Made by a program: the position numbers and the translations under genes. A model generated the notes under the pieces. It worked only from the letters and a program-made list of their open reading frames with translations. It was not told where the DNA came from and made no database searches. A DNA stretch of 64,000 bases, taken from assembly GCA_043228905.1 (NCBI GenBank), contig JBHGNT010000004.1, positions 23,064,001 through 23,128,000 on the forward strand, given 5' to 3'. The stretch is from Azolla caroliniana (lineage: Eukaryota; Plantae; Polypodiophyta). The stretch's first letter is position 1. Each line of letters opens with the position of its first letter. This document shows, piece after piece, positions 1 through 12,460 of this stretch.

Positions 1-1400
1 TCAATGGGTACAGATTGTTGTACTTGTACACACTCCCGATTTTTAGGTTTCCTCGGCTGATCACCCATGTCAACTCGTGTAGAGTCGTTCGATACCCGTC
101 TTCGGCTAACATGTCAATGGAGACTAGACTCCTCTTTAGATCAAGTATGTGCCAAACTCGGTGCAGGGTTATTGTGTTGCCATTTGGCAATCTGATGGGA
201 ACCTCCCCAGTTCCGGCTATCTTGCACTCCTTCCCGTTTCCCAGTCGGACTGTGCCGCTGGCGTCGGCTGAATAGTTCGAGAATCATTCAACGTTGGGGG
301 TCACGTGAAATGTGGCACCAAAGTCTAGTAGCCACGTGTGTGCAACTTGTGCACTGTAGAGGACTTCTCCTATCATCGAATCTTCAAGGGAGAGGACTAC
401 TCTGATCATCGAATCCTCTAGGGAGAGGATTTCTCCGGATCGGGTGTCGGCAACATTGATCTGGTTGCCGATTGGAGAGTGGTCCGAGTCGGAACGTCCC
501 CAATTCCGCTCAGATCGCCGACCACTCTCTTTTCTTTTTATTTACCAACAGTCGGAAACATTATGGCTAGCTTTCTTGCAGTGTGTGCAATACTCGCTTG
601 TTTGGCCCGTTTTCGACTTCAACCGCTGTCAGTCTCCCCTCGTTCTCGATCGACTATATCGTCGACTGGTTCTATCAGCTTGTTCTTTCGGTCAAACAAC
701 TCGGTTGAGTGGTGGGCTTCTTCCAACTCATCGATGGTTAGTCCCATCAATTTTTGCCTAATGTCCTCTGTCAGGACTTGGTTGGTTGTTTCGTCCAAAT
801 TCAGGATTGGTCGGCTATTGGTGTATGCCGTACATAATACCTCCCAACTCGACGGCAAGCTCGATAGGAGGGCAAGGGCTTTCACTTCTTCTTCAAAGTT
901 GATCCCTTGATATGAGAGCTCTGACAACACCCTGTTGAAGGTGTTGATGTGGGAGGTTGCCGAATCGGTCTCTTTCATCTTCATGTTGAACAATTGTTTG
1001 ATCAATATCAGTTTTGAAGATGAGGACTTCTTCTCATATACGGCCGGTAATTTCTCCCACAATGAGAACGTTCTCATCTCTCTCGCCATGCTGAAATAGA
1101 CATTCAGCCAAATGCATTCAGATGGTGGAGCGTGTTATTTCTTCCATTGATCTCCACCCTTCTGTTGTCATCGAAGCAGGCTTTTCGTTATGCCGAATGG
1201 CTTCGACCTGTCTTCGGATAACCAGCACATCCTGCATCATCTCTTTCCACAGGGAAAAGTTTTTGTCGTCGAACTTTCTGATTTCAACTCCTATTCCGGA
1301 TGTTGAAGCCATATTCTTTCTGTGGATTTGATGTTTCTGACCTAGTCTTTTCTTTTAGTTTCTTCTTCTGCTATCCGTTGCCGCCGCACAGTAGAACACA

Positions 1401-1412
1401 GCTCTGATACCA
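1401..1412 (-). promoter_or_regulatory. Primer-binding site (tRNA-iMet) of Copia A
   Basis: gctctgatacca on + is TGGTATCAGAGC on -, the canonical plant iMet PBS. Confidence 0.9.
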
Positions 1413-1414
1413 CT

Positions 1415-1725
1415 TGTTGGTTAATGTCGACTGTTATGCGAAAGTGTGTGTTCGGATTTTATGGCTATGAATAGCAAACAACATACACACACAGAAGATA
1501 GAGAAGGCAGATATAGACTTACACAGATACGATCTTTAATGGAAAGCTTCTTATTTTTGCACAACGCGTTTTTCTCTCTCAGAGATTACAATCGTCTGCT
1601 CGTCGTCTTCTTCCTCGTCTCTCATTACAATGTTAGGTATTCGCTTATATACTAAACCCTAACTTATTAACGAGTTCACACTCGAACGGATACAACTTGG
1701 AAGCAGTCGGCCTTTTATGCCAACA
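1415..1725 (-). repeat. 5' LTR of Copia A (311 bp)
   Basis: Perfect TGTTGG...CCAACA termini; minus-strand TATATAA at ~1644-1651; PBS 2 nt downstream. Sequence right of 1725 resumes the gag of element B. Confidence 0.8.
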
Positions 1726-4170
1726 GAGGGCACAGTCGAGCAAGAGGCCAATTCGGCCAAGGACGAGGCGGACGGGGTCCGACTTACGAAAACAACTCCC
1801 AATTTTGGCAAGAACATGGCAACAATTGAGGAACGTTCGGAAGAAGGGGGAGTTTCCATGCTCGTCGAAACCGACAAAGCAGTCCAATCGAATGCGGATA
1901 TTGTGGTATACTCGGCCACCACGAAGAAGAGTTCCAAAAGAAGAAGCATGAGTCGGCTTCCACAAGCTGACAACTCACAAATTACACCACTAACTCCGAT
2001 TATGAAGACCATGGCGGAATATTCGTGATGAGACATAGAGCAAATTCTATGTTGGCCTCTACTTCGACTAATGTCTCCAATCCGGAAGATGTATGATTCG
2101 TCGACTCTGGTGCCTCAAACCCCCATCAAACCATATGACATCCCATCAAGAATGGTTTCGAGACTTACGAGAGCCGGATTGTCTCGGCTATGTCGAAACC
2201 GGAGATGACACCACTCATCCGATTTGGCATGTCAGCAATGTCCCATTTGGAAAAGAAGGTGAACAAACTTGTATCAAAAATGTCTCACATGTACCCACCA
2301 TAACGAAGAATTTGGTCTCGGTCGGCCAAATTGTGGAGCAAGGGATGAAAGTTCAATTCAACCAAGGAGGTTGCTTCATCGAGAAGGAAGGTCAACTCAT
2401 CGCTCGGGGTCGAAGGGAAGGTCGAATGTTTATCCTCGAGTCGAACGAGGTGAAATCGGCCATGTTTGCAAAGGGCCTCAAAGTCGACACAGACATAGAG
2501 CTATGGCATAAAAGGATTGGCCATATCAATCTCAACAAACTTGACAAGGCGATGCAATCGAAAGGAGTCGTCATTGAACTTCCGACGTTCAAAGAGAAAG
2601 AGATTGAAGGAGTATGTGGAGCATGCCAATTCGGCAAGCAACATCGACACTCGTTCCCGAAGGAGAGGAACGTGAGCAAAGGCCTATTGGACATAGTCTG
2701 CTCAGATGTGTGGTGACCGACACAGACGGCCACATTCGGAGGATGTTGGTACTATGTTACCTTCATTGACAACTTCTCAAGATACACATGGATCTTTCCC
2801 ACAAGGATGAAGAGTGAAGTGTTTTCACACTTCCAAAACTTCAAAAGCGAAGTCGAAAAGACAACCGGCCACCATGTACGATGCCTTCAGTCGGACGAAG
2901 GAAAGGAATACTTCTCCAATGTGTTCATGGCATATCTTTGACAAGAAGGAATTCAGCGAGAATTCATTTGTCAACACACACCACAACAATACAGTGTAGC
3001 CGAACGCAAGAATCGGCATATCCTCGAAGTAGCAAGGGCCATGCTAAATGAGAAGCATATGCCCAAGTCATATTGGGTAGAAGCTGCAAATACTGTCGTC
3101 TATTTCATGAATCGGTGCACAACATCCGGAGTGCATTAACCCAAAATCAGAGAAGTGCATCCTTGTGGGATACAAACTAGAGCAAAAAGGGTACATGTGC
3201 TTCAACCCATCTACTCGGAAAGTTTGTGTCAGTCGAGATGTCTTCTTTGATGAATCGGCATCATGGTACGAGCCGACTCCTCCCGAACCATCTACGAACG
3301 ACCTTGGCAACACAAAAGACAATTATCAACTAAGTTCAATACCTGAGGAGAGTACGATCTCAACTAGATTGAGCAGACCACAAGAGCCTCCAAGCAACCA
3401 GAGCACATCTCGGCCGAGTCCAAAGATGGACAAAGGGAAAGCCAAAATGCCAGAATATGAAGACAATCAATGTGACTCTTATGAGATCGCCCGTAGTTAA
3501 GAAAGAACTCACATCGGCAAACCAAAAACTCTGTCGCTCCACCCATGAGAAGAATCTTGTTAGTTGATTCGGCTACAACGACTATATGGCATACCACTAG
3601 GCCTTTATGATGAAGGTGGCGATAGTTTCGGAACCGAAAAAATTTCCCGAGGTAGCCAAGGATCCACGATGGGTTGAAGCAATGAACGAGGAGAGGCAAG
3701 CTCTCTCTAAGAATGAGACATGGGATCTCATCCCCCACTCGCCTCACGAGAAGGCAATCGGTTGCAAATGGATTTACAAGGTGAAGTATAATGTTGACAG
3801 CTCTATCAATCGCTACAAAGCCCGACTTGTAGCAAAAGGCTACGCACAAACACATGGAGTTGACTATGAAGAGACCTTTGCCCCAGTGCCAAAGATGACG
3901 ACTATGCGGACCGTGATTGCACTTACAACGGCGAAAGGGTGGCACCTCCACCAAATGGACGTCAAGAACGTCTTTCTTCAAGGCGAACTAGAAGAGGAGG
4001 TATACATGGTACAACCACCCGGCTTCGAATCCAACATCCATCCGAAAGCAGTCTACTGATTAAAGAAGCCACTCTACGGCCGTAAGCAAGCGCCACGTGC
4101 TTGGCACTCGAAGATAACATCACATCGAATCGAATTGGCTTCAGAATGTTGAAATCTGACAACTCCCCGT

Positions 4171-4865
4171 TGTTGTGAAGAAAACCGTCCCTAGGCGGAA
4201 ACCGAATTTAGCGTGTGTAAACCGGCCCTTACACGTGAGCACACTTTCGTTGTATAGTAAGTAGGTAGGTACAAGTCGGCTGAGATGAAATCCTAGGAAG
4301 CACGCATTCAATAGGGAGAGAATCGAGGTGTATCTCTGTCTGAAAGGACAGAGAATTAATATGATGTAACGAATGATAACGGCCTCCCTCCTTGGGCTAT
4401 AAAAGAGAGGGAGAGGAATAAAAAGGGATCGGTTTTTTTTTGTGGAGGACGAAGTGCTGTCGGATTGGGACCAAGCTCTTCTCCTCCTTCTTTCTCTATA
4501 TTCGCTGGGCGCAGGTTTTTGGGGAGGCGAACTCTGCTTTGTGGAACGCCCGTGTGCTTCCGGCAGAGTCTCCATCTCGCTCTTCTACGTGTGAGTAAAC
4601 AAGCGTCGGCGTTCGCCTTGCCAGCCTGTTAGTTGTAACCGTCTTGATATACACATGCAAATTAATATACATACGTGTTCATATACTCAGACTTCTAGTC
4701 GTCTCGTTTTGTTGTGTTGATGCATTGTGATTCCTGTGTGCCCCGCGTCCGTGTGCGTACAAGTGCGTCTGTTGCCTTCCCATTCCCCTCCTTCTCAGCT
4801 ATTTCTCGATCCAAGACCCCGGTGGTCCCGCCTCGTTTTACACGCACGCGCGTGACAACGCGACA
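4171..4865 (+). repeat. 5' LTR of Gypsy C
   Basis: Direct repeat of 14879-15573 with ~27 substitutions counted by eye (~96% identity), almost all transitions; TATAAAA at ~4398. Confidence 0.95.
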
Positions 4866-4869
4866 TATT

Positions 4870-4887
4870 TGGTGAACCCGACGTGAA
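4870..4887 (+). promoter_or_regulatory. Primer-binding site complementary to tRNA-Trp
   Basis: TGGTGAACCCGACGTGAA is the reverse complement of the 3' 18 nt of plant cytosolic tRNA-Trp (...TTCACGTCGGGTTCACCA, from recall), 4 nt after the LTR end. Confidence 0.8.
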
Positions 4888-6789
4888 CAGGCGGCAGAGG
4901 AATAGAAAGATGAAGGGGTCGGATCTCGCGGAAACCATGGCTTCATCTGTGGATCGGATAGTGAGTGCGCACGAAGGCACAGGCGCCCTCGATAGGGCCA
5001 TTGAAGCGGTCGTCGGCACGATAGGCCGGTTCGGTGGGAAGGACGCCACGAGCTATTTGGAGGCCTACCGGGCCAAGATGGTAATGAGAGACATTCCGGA
5101 AAAGAGGCGACTGACCGGTTTCCCTCGAGTGGCAATGCCGAGCATCCATGCGGAGGTGCTCGAGGTACAGGCTGAGAGCCGGACCTGGGAAGAATTTGAA
5201 GGTCGGCTCCTCGAAAAATACGGTCTTGATGACGCGCTTTGGCTCTCGAAATGGGATTTCATGGAATGGGTAGAGACCCCCGAAAAGGGGAGAAACGCGT
5301 CAGTGCTCCTCCGGGAGTTTGAAGAACGCTTCGCGCGTCTTTCGGCGCTCAACCGGACTGTACTAGACACGAACCGCGTCCTGCTGTTCATTAAGTCAGT
5401 GGATGCGAGGGACCAGGAGCAGGTGGGTCTCCTGCTGGAGACTAATGACGAGCTGACGGCCAACTGGGCCGTGGTGAAGAGAGTTTGTGGCCGTTTTGAC
5501 AAACGATGAGAGTGGGTCGATAAAGGATCAACAAGGGAGGGCTCTGTAGTAGCAAGGAGTCTTGAGCCAACCCCACCAGCGCGAAGGGAAGAGACCCGAG
5601 ACTGGCTCAAGACCAGATCGACTTCGACCGGCATGGTTAGAGGCTCGAGCAGAGGATCAGCTCTAGAGGAGTTGACTAGGATGGTAAAGGACCTCCAAAT
5701 TGCACAGGCACGGAGGGACGGCGGCGTACAGGCCCGTGACCGAAGGCCTCTGGCTGGAAACCGGTGTTTGTGGTGCGACATGGTCGGCCATGTCCGGAGG
5801 GACTGCGGGGACTTCATCGAGGCAATGAGAGCCAACGTGGTGTACCTATGGAACGGTCGGGTGCACGCTAGCGAGACCCGAAGGACCCTGGACATGAATG
5901 TCGAACGAGGGGGTATGAAACGGTTGATGGAAGAAGCGGCGGCTGGCCACGCGGAGACCGTCCACTACTCGGCGTCAGCAGGGATCCGGGTCGGAGGTGG
6001 TGAGGCCCGGAAGACGGACGAAGCCGGATTCTGGCCGTTGATGTAGGAAGGCCTTGCCGGCGCACGGTTAAGGAAAGAAGAAGCGGACCGCGCGGAAAAA
6101 CGGGTTTGGGAGGTAACCGGGTGGAGTGACCCGGTCGAAGAGAAGACGGGCTTCGTTGAAGCCGCATGCCAGAACTACGAGGCTCTGGTGGAAGACAAGC
6201 GAGTAGGTAAAACCGGAGGGGCCGGGCCCTCGCAACGATACGAAACCCGATTCGGTCAACGGCAGAATGAGGCCGGCACGACCGGATAAAGCCAAGAAGG
6301 CCAGGTGCCGGTTGAGCACGGAAATCGAAAGGACCACGGACCTGCGAAAGGTCCTGGAGGAACGTATCCTCGACAACAAAGTGGAGTTATCGCTGAGGGA
6401 GGTGCTCAGGATCGCCAATAAGGAGTTCCATGACTCCATCGTAGACTTGGTGAAGAGAAAGAGACTGTCGATAGAGCCAGAGCCGGAGAAGCCGGTGGAA
6501 GTGCGAACGACGCACATAGAGGACATGGCGCTAGAAGATGAGTTGGCGGAGAGCCACTATTCGAGGCCGCACTGGGCCAGAGCGACCACGGAGACCCCTG
6601 TTAAGATTGGGGATGTCCAGGAGTCAGTGGTGGCGTTGGTGGACCACGGTTCAGAAATCAACTTGATGTCCATGGACTTCTAAAAAAGGGGAAAATGGCC
6701 GATCAACACCAAACACGGCTGGAAAATACGGGCAGCGACGCGCGCCACGGAAGAACTACATGGAACCTGCCCGAACGTACGGGTGAAAA

Positions 6790-7452
6790 TGTTGGGATTT
6801 CGGTCCCTCCGGATGGGATGTCCGGAGATGAATGACGGCAAGCCCGGTTGCGGTTACGGAACCGGATGATGAAGAGTACCCGGCATGAAGCCGGATGAAG
6901 AGACCCCGACTACGGAGCCGGATGCTGAAGACCCCGGTTACGGAGCCGGATGACGAGTGTACCCGGAGAGAGATCCGGATGCGGGGACATATTTGTGAAT
7001 ATGTTTTGCCAAGAGCCCTTGAGGCTATATTTGTAAATAGCCCGAAAGTCATATGTGTATAAATATGACTTAGGGCAAATAGTTTAAATGTTGTTGCTCA
7101 TTTTTCTGTGTAAGGTCACCCCTATGTGTGCAAGAGAGTGAAGAGAGCAGCCGAGAGAAAGAGAGAGAGAGAGAAAGAGACGAGGAGGTCGTTGCCTCTG
7201 TGTATCACCGCCGCCTGTGGCGAAGACAGTGAACTCAAGGTTGTTGCCTTGTAGCTTCACCATTGTACATCTCTGTTCATAGTGATAGTTGGAGTCTGAG
7301 GACTCCCGTGGTTTTTCCCATTTAGGGTTTTCCACGTAAACATCCTGTGTACTCTCCTCTCTATTGTCTTCGTGCATTTTGTATTTCCTCATTTTTCTGT
7401 GAGTTAATCCTATTCCTCGGTTGTGGCCGAGAGCACTGTTTTTTTTTCAACA
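6790..7452 (+). repeat. 5' LTR of Copia D
   Basis: TGTTGG...TCAACA termini; U3 with CCGGATG-containing direct repeats; TATAAATA at ~7058; GA-rich R region. Confidence 0.97.
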
Positions 7453-7455
7453 AAC

Positions 7456-7467
7456 TGGTATCAGAGC
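7456..7467 (+). promoter_or_regulatory. Primer-binding site (tRNA-iMet) of Copia D
   Basis: TGGTATCAGAGC 3 nt after the LTR end. Confidence 0.95.
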
Positions 7468-7483
7468 GACGGTAACACAGAAA

Positions 7484-10400
7484 ATGGAAGGCGGCGGTAG
7501 TGGGCCTCCGGGCATGATGGTGTTGAACTCACAGAACTACGCCGACTGGAAGATAAAGATGGAAGACCTTCTCATCGTCCAAGACCTGTACGAACCGATC
7601 GACAATGCCGAGATACCCAAGGGAGTAATAGAGTCGGAGTGGAAGCTCCTGAACCGGAAAGCCGTAGCGACAATCCGGCAATATGTCGATGTAAGTGTCC
7701 TGCAACATGTGGCGAACGATACGAACGCCTATGAGATGTGGAAAAAGCTGTCGGGCCTCTACGAGAGGAAGAATGCGTTGAACCGGACCTCCCTGATGAG
7801 GAAGATAGTGAACCTCAAGTACCGGGACGGCGAGAATATGGTGGAACACGTGAGCACGTTCATGGGATTCGTGAACCAGCTTGCGGCGATCAAGTTCCCG
7901 TTGGAGGATGCAATGCAAGCCATCATTCTGATGTGTACATTGCCGGAAAGCTGGGAGAACTTGGTGGTGACTCTCAGCACCTCCTGCACCGAAGATAACT
8001 TGTCTCTACAAACGGTAAAGACAAGCATTCTAAATGAAGAAGCGCGTCGGAGAGATAAAGAACCGGTCTCCGACTCGAAGGCGCTGCTTACCGAATCGGA
8101 ACGGGGAAGACAATGGAACCGGAGTCCGCAAAGACGGGAGAAGTCGGGGACCCGGTCGCAGTCAAGAGGAAGGCCCACATGCTTCCACTGTGGGAAGCCG
8201 GGGCACTTCCGGAAGAATTGTCGGCATTACCGAAAGGACAACGGAGCCGACGACACCGATTCGAAGAAGTCACCGGAGAGAAACGGGGCATACCGGGGAG
8301 CCACTGACCGGAGAGGTCCGGATCGGCGAGGGCAGGACCGGAAAGGAACGACGGCACTCGCGGCAAGTGAAGAAGAGATAATGCTCATTACCGAAGAGAG
8401 GGAGCTGAACCTTGCCGGTGTAGAGATGACCTGGGTGGTCGATTCCGGAGCGTCGTTCCACCTGACCCCGGAAAGAAGATACTTCTCATCCTACACAGCC
8501 GGTGAGCATGGTTGTGTTCGGATGGGAAATGAAGGTACGTGCCGGATTGCCGGCATAGGAGACGTGTGGTTGACAACCTCGACCAGATGCAAAATGTTGC
8601 TGAAGGATGTCCGACACGTTCCGGAAGTTCGATTGAACCTGATCTCGGCCGGGAGGCTAGATGATGAAGGCTACACGGGTAGCATCCGGAACGGTGTCAT
8701 GAAGTTCAGCAAAGGGAGCCTGATAGTGGCTCGGGCCCGGAAGGTCAATACACTGTACCTGATGAATTCCCGGCTATGTCCGGAGGAGCTGAACGTGGCA
8801 GCCGACACTGCCGGTGAGCTGTGGCACAAGAGACTGTGCCACATGAGTGAGAAGGGGATGAAGAGGCTTGCCGATGACAACCTGATTCCAGTGAAGCATG
8901 TGCACCTGGAGAAGTGCACCGACTGTCTGGCCGGTAAGCAAAATCGGACCTCCTTCCACTCAAGGCCACCAACGAGACGTAGCGCACCATTGGAGTTGGT
9001 GCACACTGACGTGTGTCAAGTAGAAACGAAGTCACATGGCGGAGCCCAGTACTTCGTGACATTCATTGATGACCACAGCCGGAAGCTGTGGACGGCACCG
9101 TTGAAGACAAAGGACCAAGTGTTGTGCGTCTTCAAAGAACTCCACGCGAGAGTGGAAAGGGAATCCGGCAAGAAGCTGAAAGCGATACGAGCGGATAACG
9201 GAGGGGAATACCGGGGGCAGTTCCAGGAGTACTGTCGCTCGAAGGGAATCCGGCTCGAGTTTACTGTGCCGAAGACGCCGGAACTGAACGGGCTGGCCGA
9301 GAGGATGAACCGGACCATAATGGAGAGGGTCCGGAGTATGCTGGTGCATGCGAAATTACCCAAGGGGTTTTGGGCTGAGGCAATGTCGACGGCGACATAC
9401 GTGATAAACAGATCACCCTCAGTACCTTTGGACGGAGACACGCCGCAGAGAGTGTGGGCCGGTAAGGAAGTGTCCTACCGGCATCTGAAGGTGTTCGGGT
9501 GTCTCGCATACGTGCATGTGGCAAAGGACCGGAGAGGAAAGTTAGATCCAAAGACCCGGCCATGCATATTCCTCGGTTACGGCGACGACGAGTTCGGCTA
9601 CCGAGTATGGGACCCGGTCGACAAGAAGATATTCAGGAGTCGAGATATCATCTTCATGGAGGACAAGACACTCGCCGACTGGGAGTCGGAGAAGAAGATG
9701 AAGAGCTCCAAGTCGACCGGTGAAGATCAACTCTACGAAGAGCAGTCCCGACCGGCAAGGGACCGGTTAGCACTCGAGGATCCGGCCGAAGACGGTGAAG
9801 AAACAGAACCGGCCGAGGAAGATGAAACTGATACCGGAACCGGCCCCGATCCCGAAATGGATTCGGATGAAGAGGAAACGGAGGAGCCGGTTACCGAAGC
9901 TCCGGAACGGAGATATCCTCTAAGAGAGAGAAGGCCCCCCCAGAGATTTCCGGAACCAGAGCACGTGCTGCTAACCGACGAGGGGGAGCCGGAGAGCTTT
10001 GAAGAAGCAAAACTTGACACCCATAGCCGCAGGTGGTTAAGTGCCATGCAGGAGGAGATGGATTCCCTGCATGAGAACCACACATATGAACTTGTGGAGT
10101 TGCCGAAAGGAAAGCGGGCACTTCGAAACAAGTGGGTGTTCAAGCTGAAACCGGGAGATGCCGGAAACCCCCCGAGATATAAAGCCAGGATCGTGGTGAA
10201 GGGGTTCCAGCAGAAGAAGGGCGTCGACTTCGACGAGATATTTGCCCCGGTAGTGAAGATGACCTCCATCCGGACGGTGCTGAGCATAGCGGCAAGCATG
10301 GACCTCGAGGTAGAACAGATGGACGTGAAGACGGCATTCCTTCACGGTGACCTCGAAGAAGAGATCTACATGCAGCAACCGGAAGGATTCGAGAAGGGAA

Positions 10401-11553
10401 GGAGCACCTGGTATGCCGGTTGAAGAAGAGCCTTTACGGACTGAAGCAGGCTCCCCGGCAATGGTACCGGAAGTTTGACTCTTTCATGACCGACGAAGGG
10501 TACCACAAAACGCAGTCCGATCACTGCGTGTTTGTGAAGAAATTCGAAGGAGGAGACTTTCTAATACTCCTCCTGTACGTGGACGACATGTTGATCGTCG
10601 GACGGGACCAGGTCAAGATACGGATGCTGAAGAAAGCACTCCACCGAACCTTCTCAATGAAGGACCTGGGTCCGGCGAGGCAAATACTAGGGATGCACAT
10701 CATCCGGAACCGGAAGAAGAAGCAGTTGTGGCTGTCACAGGAGAAGTACGTGACAAAGGTGCTTCACCGGTTCAACATGTCGGAAGCAAGACCGGTCGGG
10801 TCAACCCTCCCGGCAAACTGCAAGTTGTCCAGCGAGCAAAGCCCCAAGACAAAGGCTGAGAAGGAGGACATGATGAAAATACCATATGCCCCTGCCGTCG
10901 GAAGCTTGATGTACGCAATGGTGTGTACAAGACCGGACATAGGATACGCAGTCGGAGTGGTGAGCCGGTACATGAGCAATCCCGGCAAAGAGCACTGGAA
11001 CGCGGTCAAGTGGATACTCCGATACCTGAAGGGCACGGCAAACGTGTGCCTCCGATTCGGCTCCGGTAAGCCCGAACTCGACGGCTTTACCGATTCGGAT
11101 ATGTCGGCTGATGCAGATACCAGCCGGTCCACATCAGGGTATGTGATGACGTATGCAGGGGGAGCTGTTTCGTGGCAGTCGAGGCTGCAGAAGACGGTTG
11201 CGTTGTCAACCACGGAGGCGGAGTACATGGCGGCTGTTGAAGCCGGCAAGGAAATAATATGGATGAAGGACTTCATTAGAGAGCTCGGTATCCGGCAGGA
11301 GGAGTACCGACTCTACAGCGACAGTCAGAGTGCCATCCACCTTGCGAAGAATGCGGCCTATCACTCCCGGACGAAGCACATCCAGCGTAGATACCACTGG
11401 ATCCGGGAAAGGATAGAAGACAAGGAGTTCGTGCTGACGAAGATCCACACGGACGAGAACGGGTCGGATATGCTGACCAAGGTGCTCACACCCGACAAGC
11501 TGGAAGCATGCCGGAAGAGGATCGGATTGGAGAGACATCCCATGCCGAAGTGA
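7484..11553 (+). CDS. Copia D gag-pol polyprotein (gag, CCHC knuckle, PR, INT, RT, RH) split by one frameshift at ~10395
   Basis: ATG at 7484; CFHCGKPGHFRKNC, WVVDSGAS, LVHTDV..ADNGGEY..AER, RT to EGFEKG. Continues in another frame as KEHLVCRLKKSLYGLKQ, LLYVDD, GFTDSD to the stop at 11553. Confidence 0.92.
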
Positions 11554-11563
11554 AGGGGGAGTT

Positions 11564-12226
11564 TGTTGGGATTTCGGTCCCTCCGGATGGGATGTCCGGA
11601 GATGAATGACGGCAAGCCCGGTTGCGGTTACGGAACCGGATGATGAAGAGTACCCGGCATGAAGCCGGATGAAGAGACCCCGACTACGGAGCCGGATGCT
11701 GAAGACCCCGGTTACGGAGCCGGATGACGAGTGTACCCGGAGAGAGATCCGGATGCGGGGACATATTTGTGAATATGTTTTGCCAAGAGCCCTTGAGGCT
11801 ATATTTGTAAATAGCCCGAAAGTCATATGTGTATAAATATGACTTAGGGCAAACAGTTTAAATGTTGTTGCTCATTTTTCTGTGTAAGGTCACCCCTATG
11901 TGTGCAAGAGAGTGAAGAGAGCAGCCGAGAGAAAGAGAGAGAGAGAGAAAGAGACGAGGAGGTCGTTGCCTCTGTGTATCACCGCCGCCTGTGGCGAAGA
12001 CAGTGAACTCAAGGTTGTTGCCTTGTAGCTTCACCATTGTACATCTCTGTTCATAGTGATAGTTGGAGTCTGAGGACTCCCGTGGTTTTTCCCATTTAGG
12101 GTTTTCCACGTAAACATCCTGTGTACTCTCCTCTCTATTGTCTTCGTGCATTTTGTATTTCCTCATTTTTCTGTGAGTTAATCCTATTCCTCGGTTGTGG
12201 CCGAGAGCACTGTTTTTTTTTCAACA
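11564..12226 (+). repeat. 3' LTR of Copia D
   Basis: Near-identical copy of 6790-7452, followed by TSD gaaaa. Confidence 0.97.
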
Positions 12227-12460
12227 GAAAATTGGTGATGTCGAAATCGACCGGCACTTCTTCGTGCCGAAGACGTCCTCACATCCGGTTATACTAGGAG
12301 AACCATACATCACAGCGGCACGGATGGAGACCAAGGTGTTGGACAACGGTTCGGCCTATGCAAGAGTCAAGAGCCAGGACGGGCGTCACTCGGTCCAGTT
12401 CCTGACGGTACGACCGAACCATGAGCGTAACCGTGAGACCCTCGGAGGCGAAACCCGAGG

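Larger units (their letters stand above)
1..1725 (-). mobile_element. Ty1/Copia LTR retrotransposon A (5' part: LTR, PBS, degenerate gag and protease), inserted into Copia B; continues off the left edge
   Basis: Minus-strand gag ORFs 1118-1312 (FSLWKEMMQDVL) and 619-1089 (ALALLSSLPSSW). Protease WLLDFGATFHVTP...VRLGNG at ~100-335. PBS TGGTATCAGAGC at 1412-1401 next to an LTR bounded by TGTTGG (1415) and CCAACA (1725). Confidence 0.9.
6790..12226 (+). mobile_element. Very young Ty1/Copia element D (Tnt1/Tto1, Tork-like), full length, inserted in the Gypsy C protease
   Basis: 663-bp LTRs at 6790-7452 and 11564-12226 with one visible difference (T7080/C11854). Perfect TSD gaaaa (6785-6789, 12227-12231). 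iMet PBS at 7456-7467; PPT GAAGGGGGAG before 11564. Confidence 0.97.

Noticed and set aside
4141-4575. Antisense ORF repeated at 14864-15283
   Set aside because: Repeated only because it lies in the two LTRs of C; no recognisable domain.
7084-7392. Identical 102-aa minus ORFs here and at 11858-12166
   Set aside because: LTR duplication of Copia D; no evidence of coding function.
7529-11276. Many overlapping antisense ORFs in element D
   Set aside because: Expected shadow ORFs of a GC-rich gag-pol.
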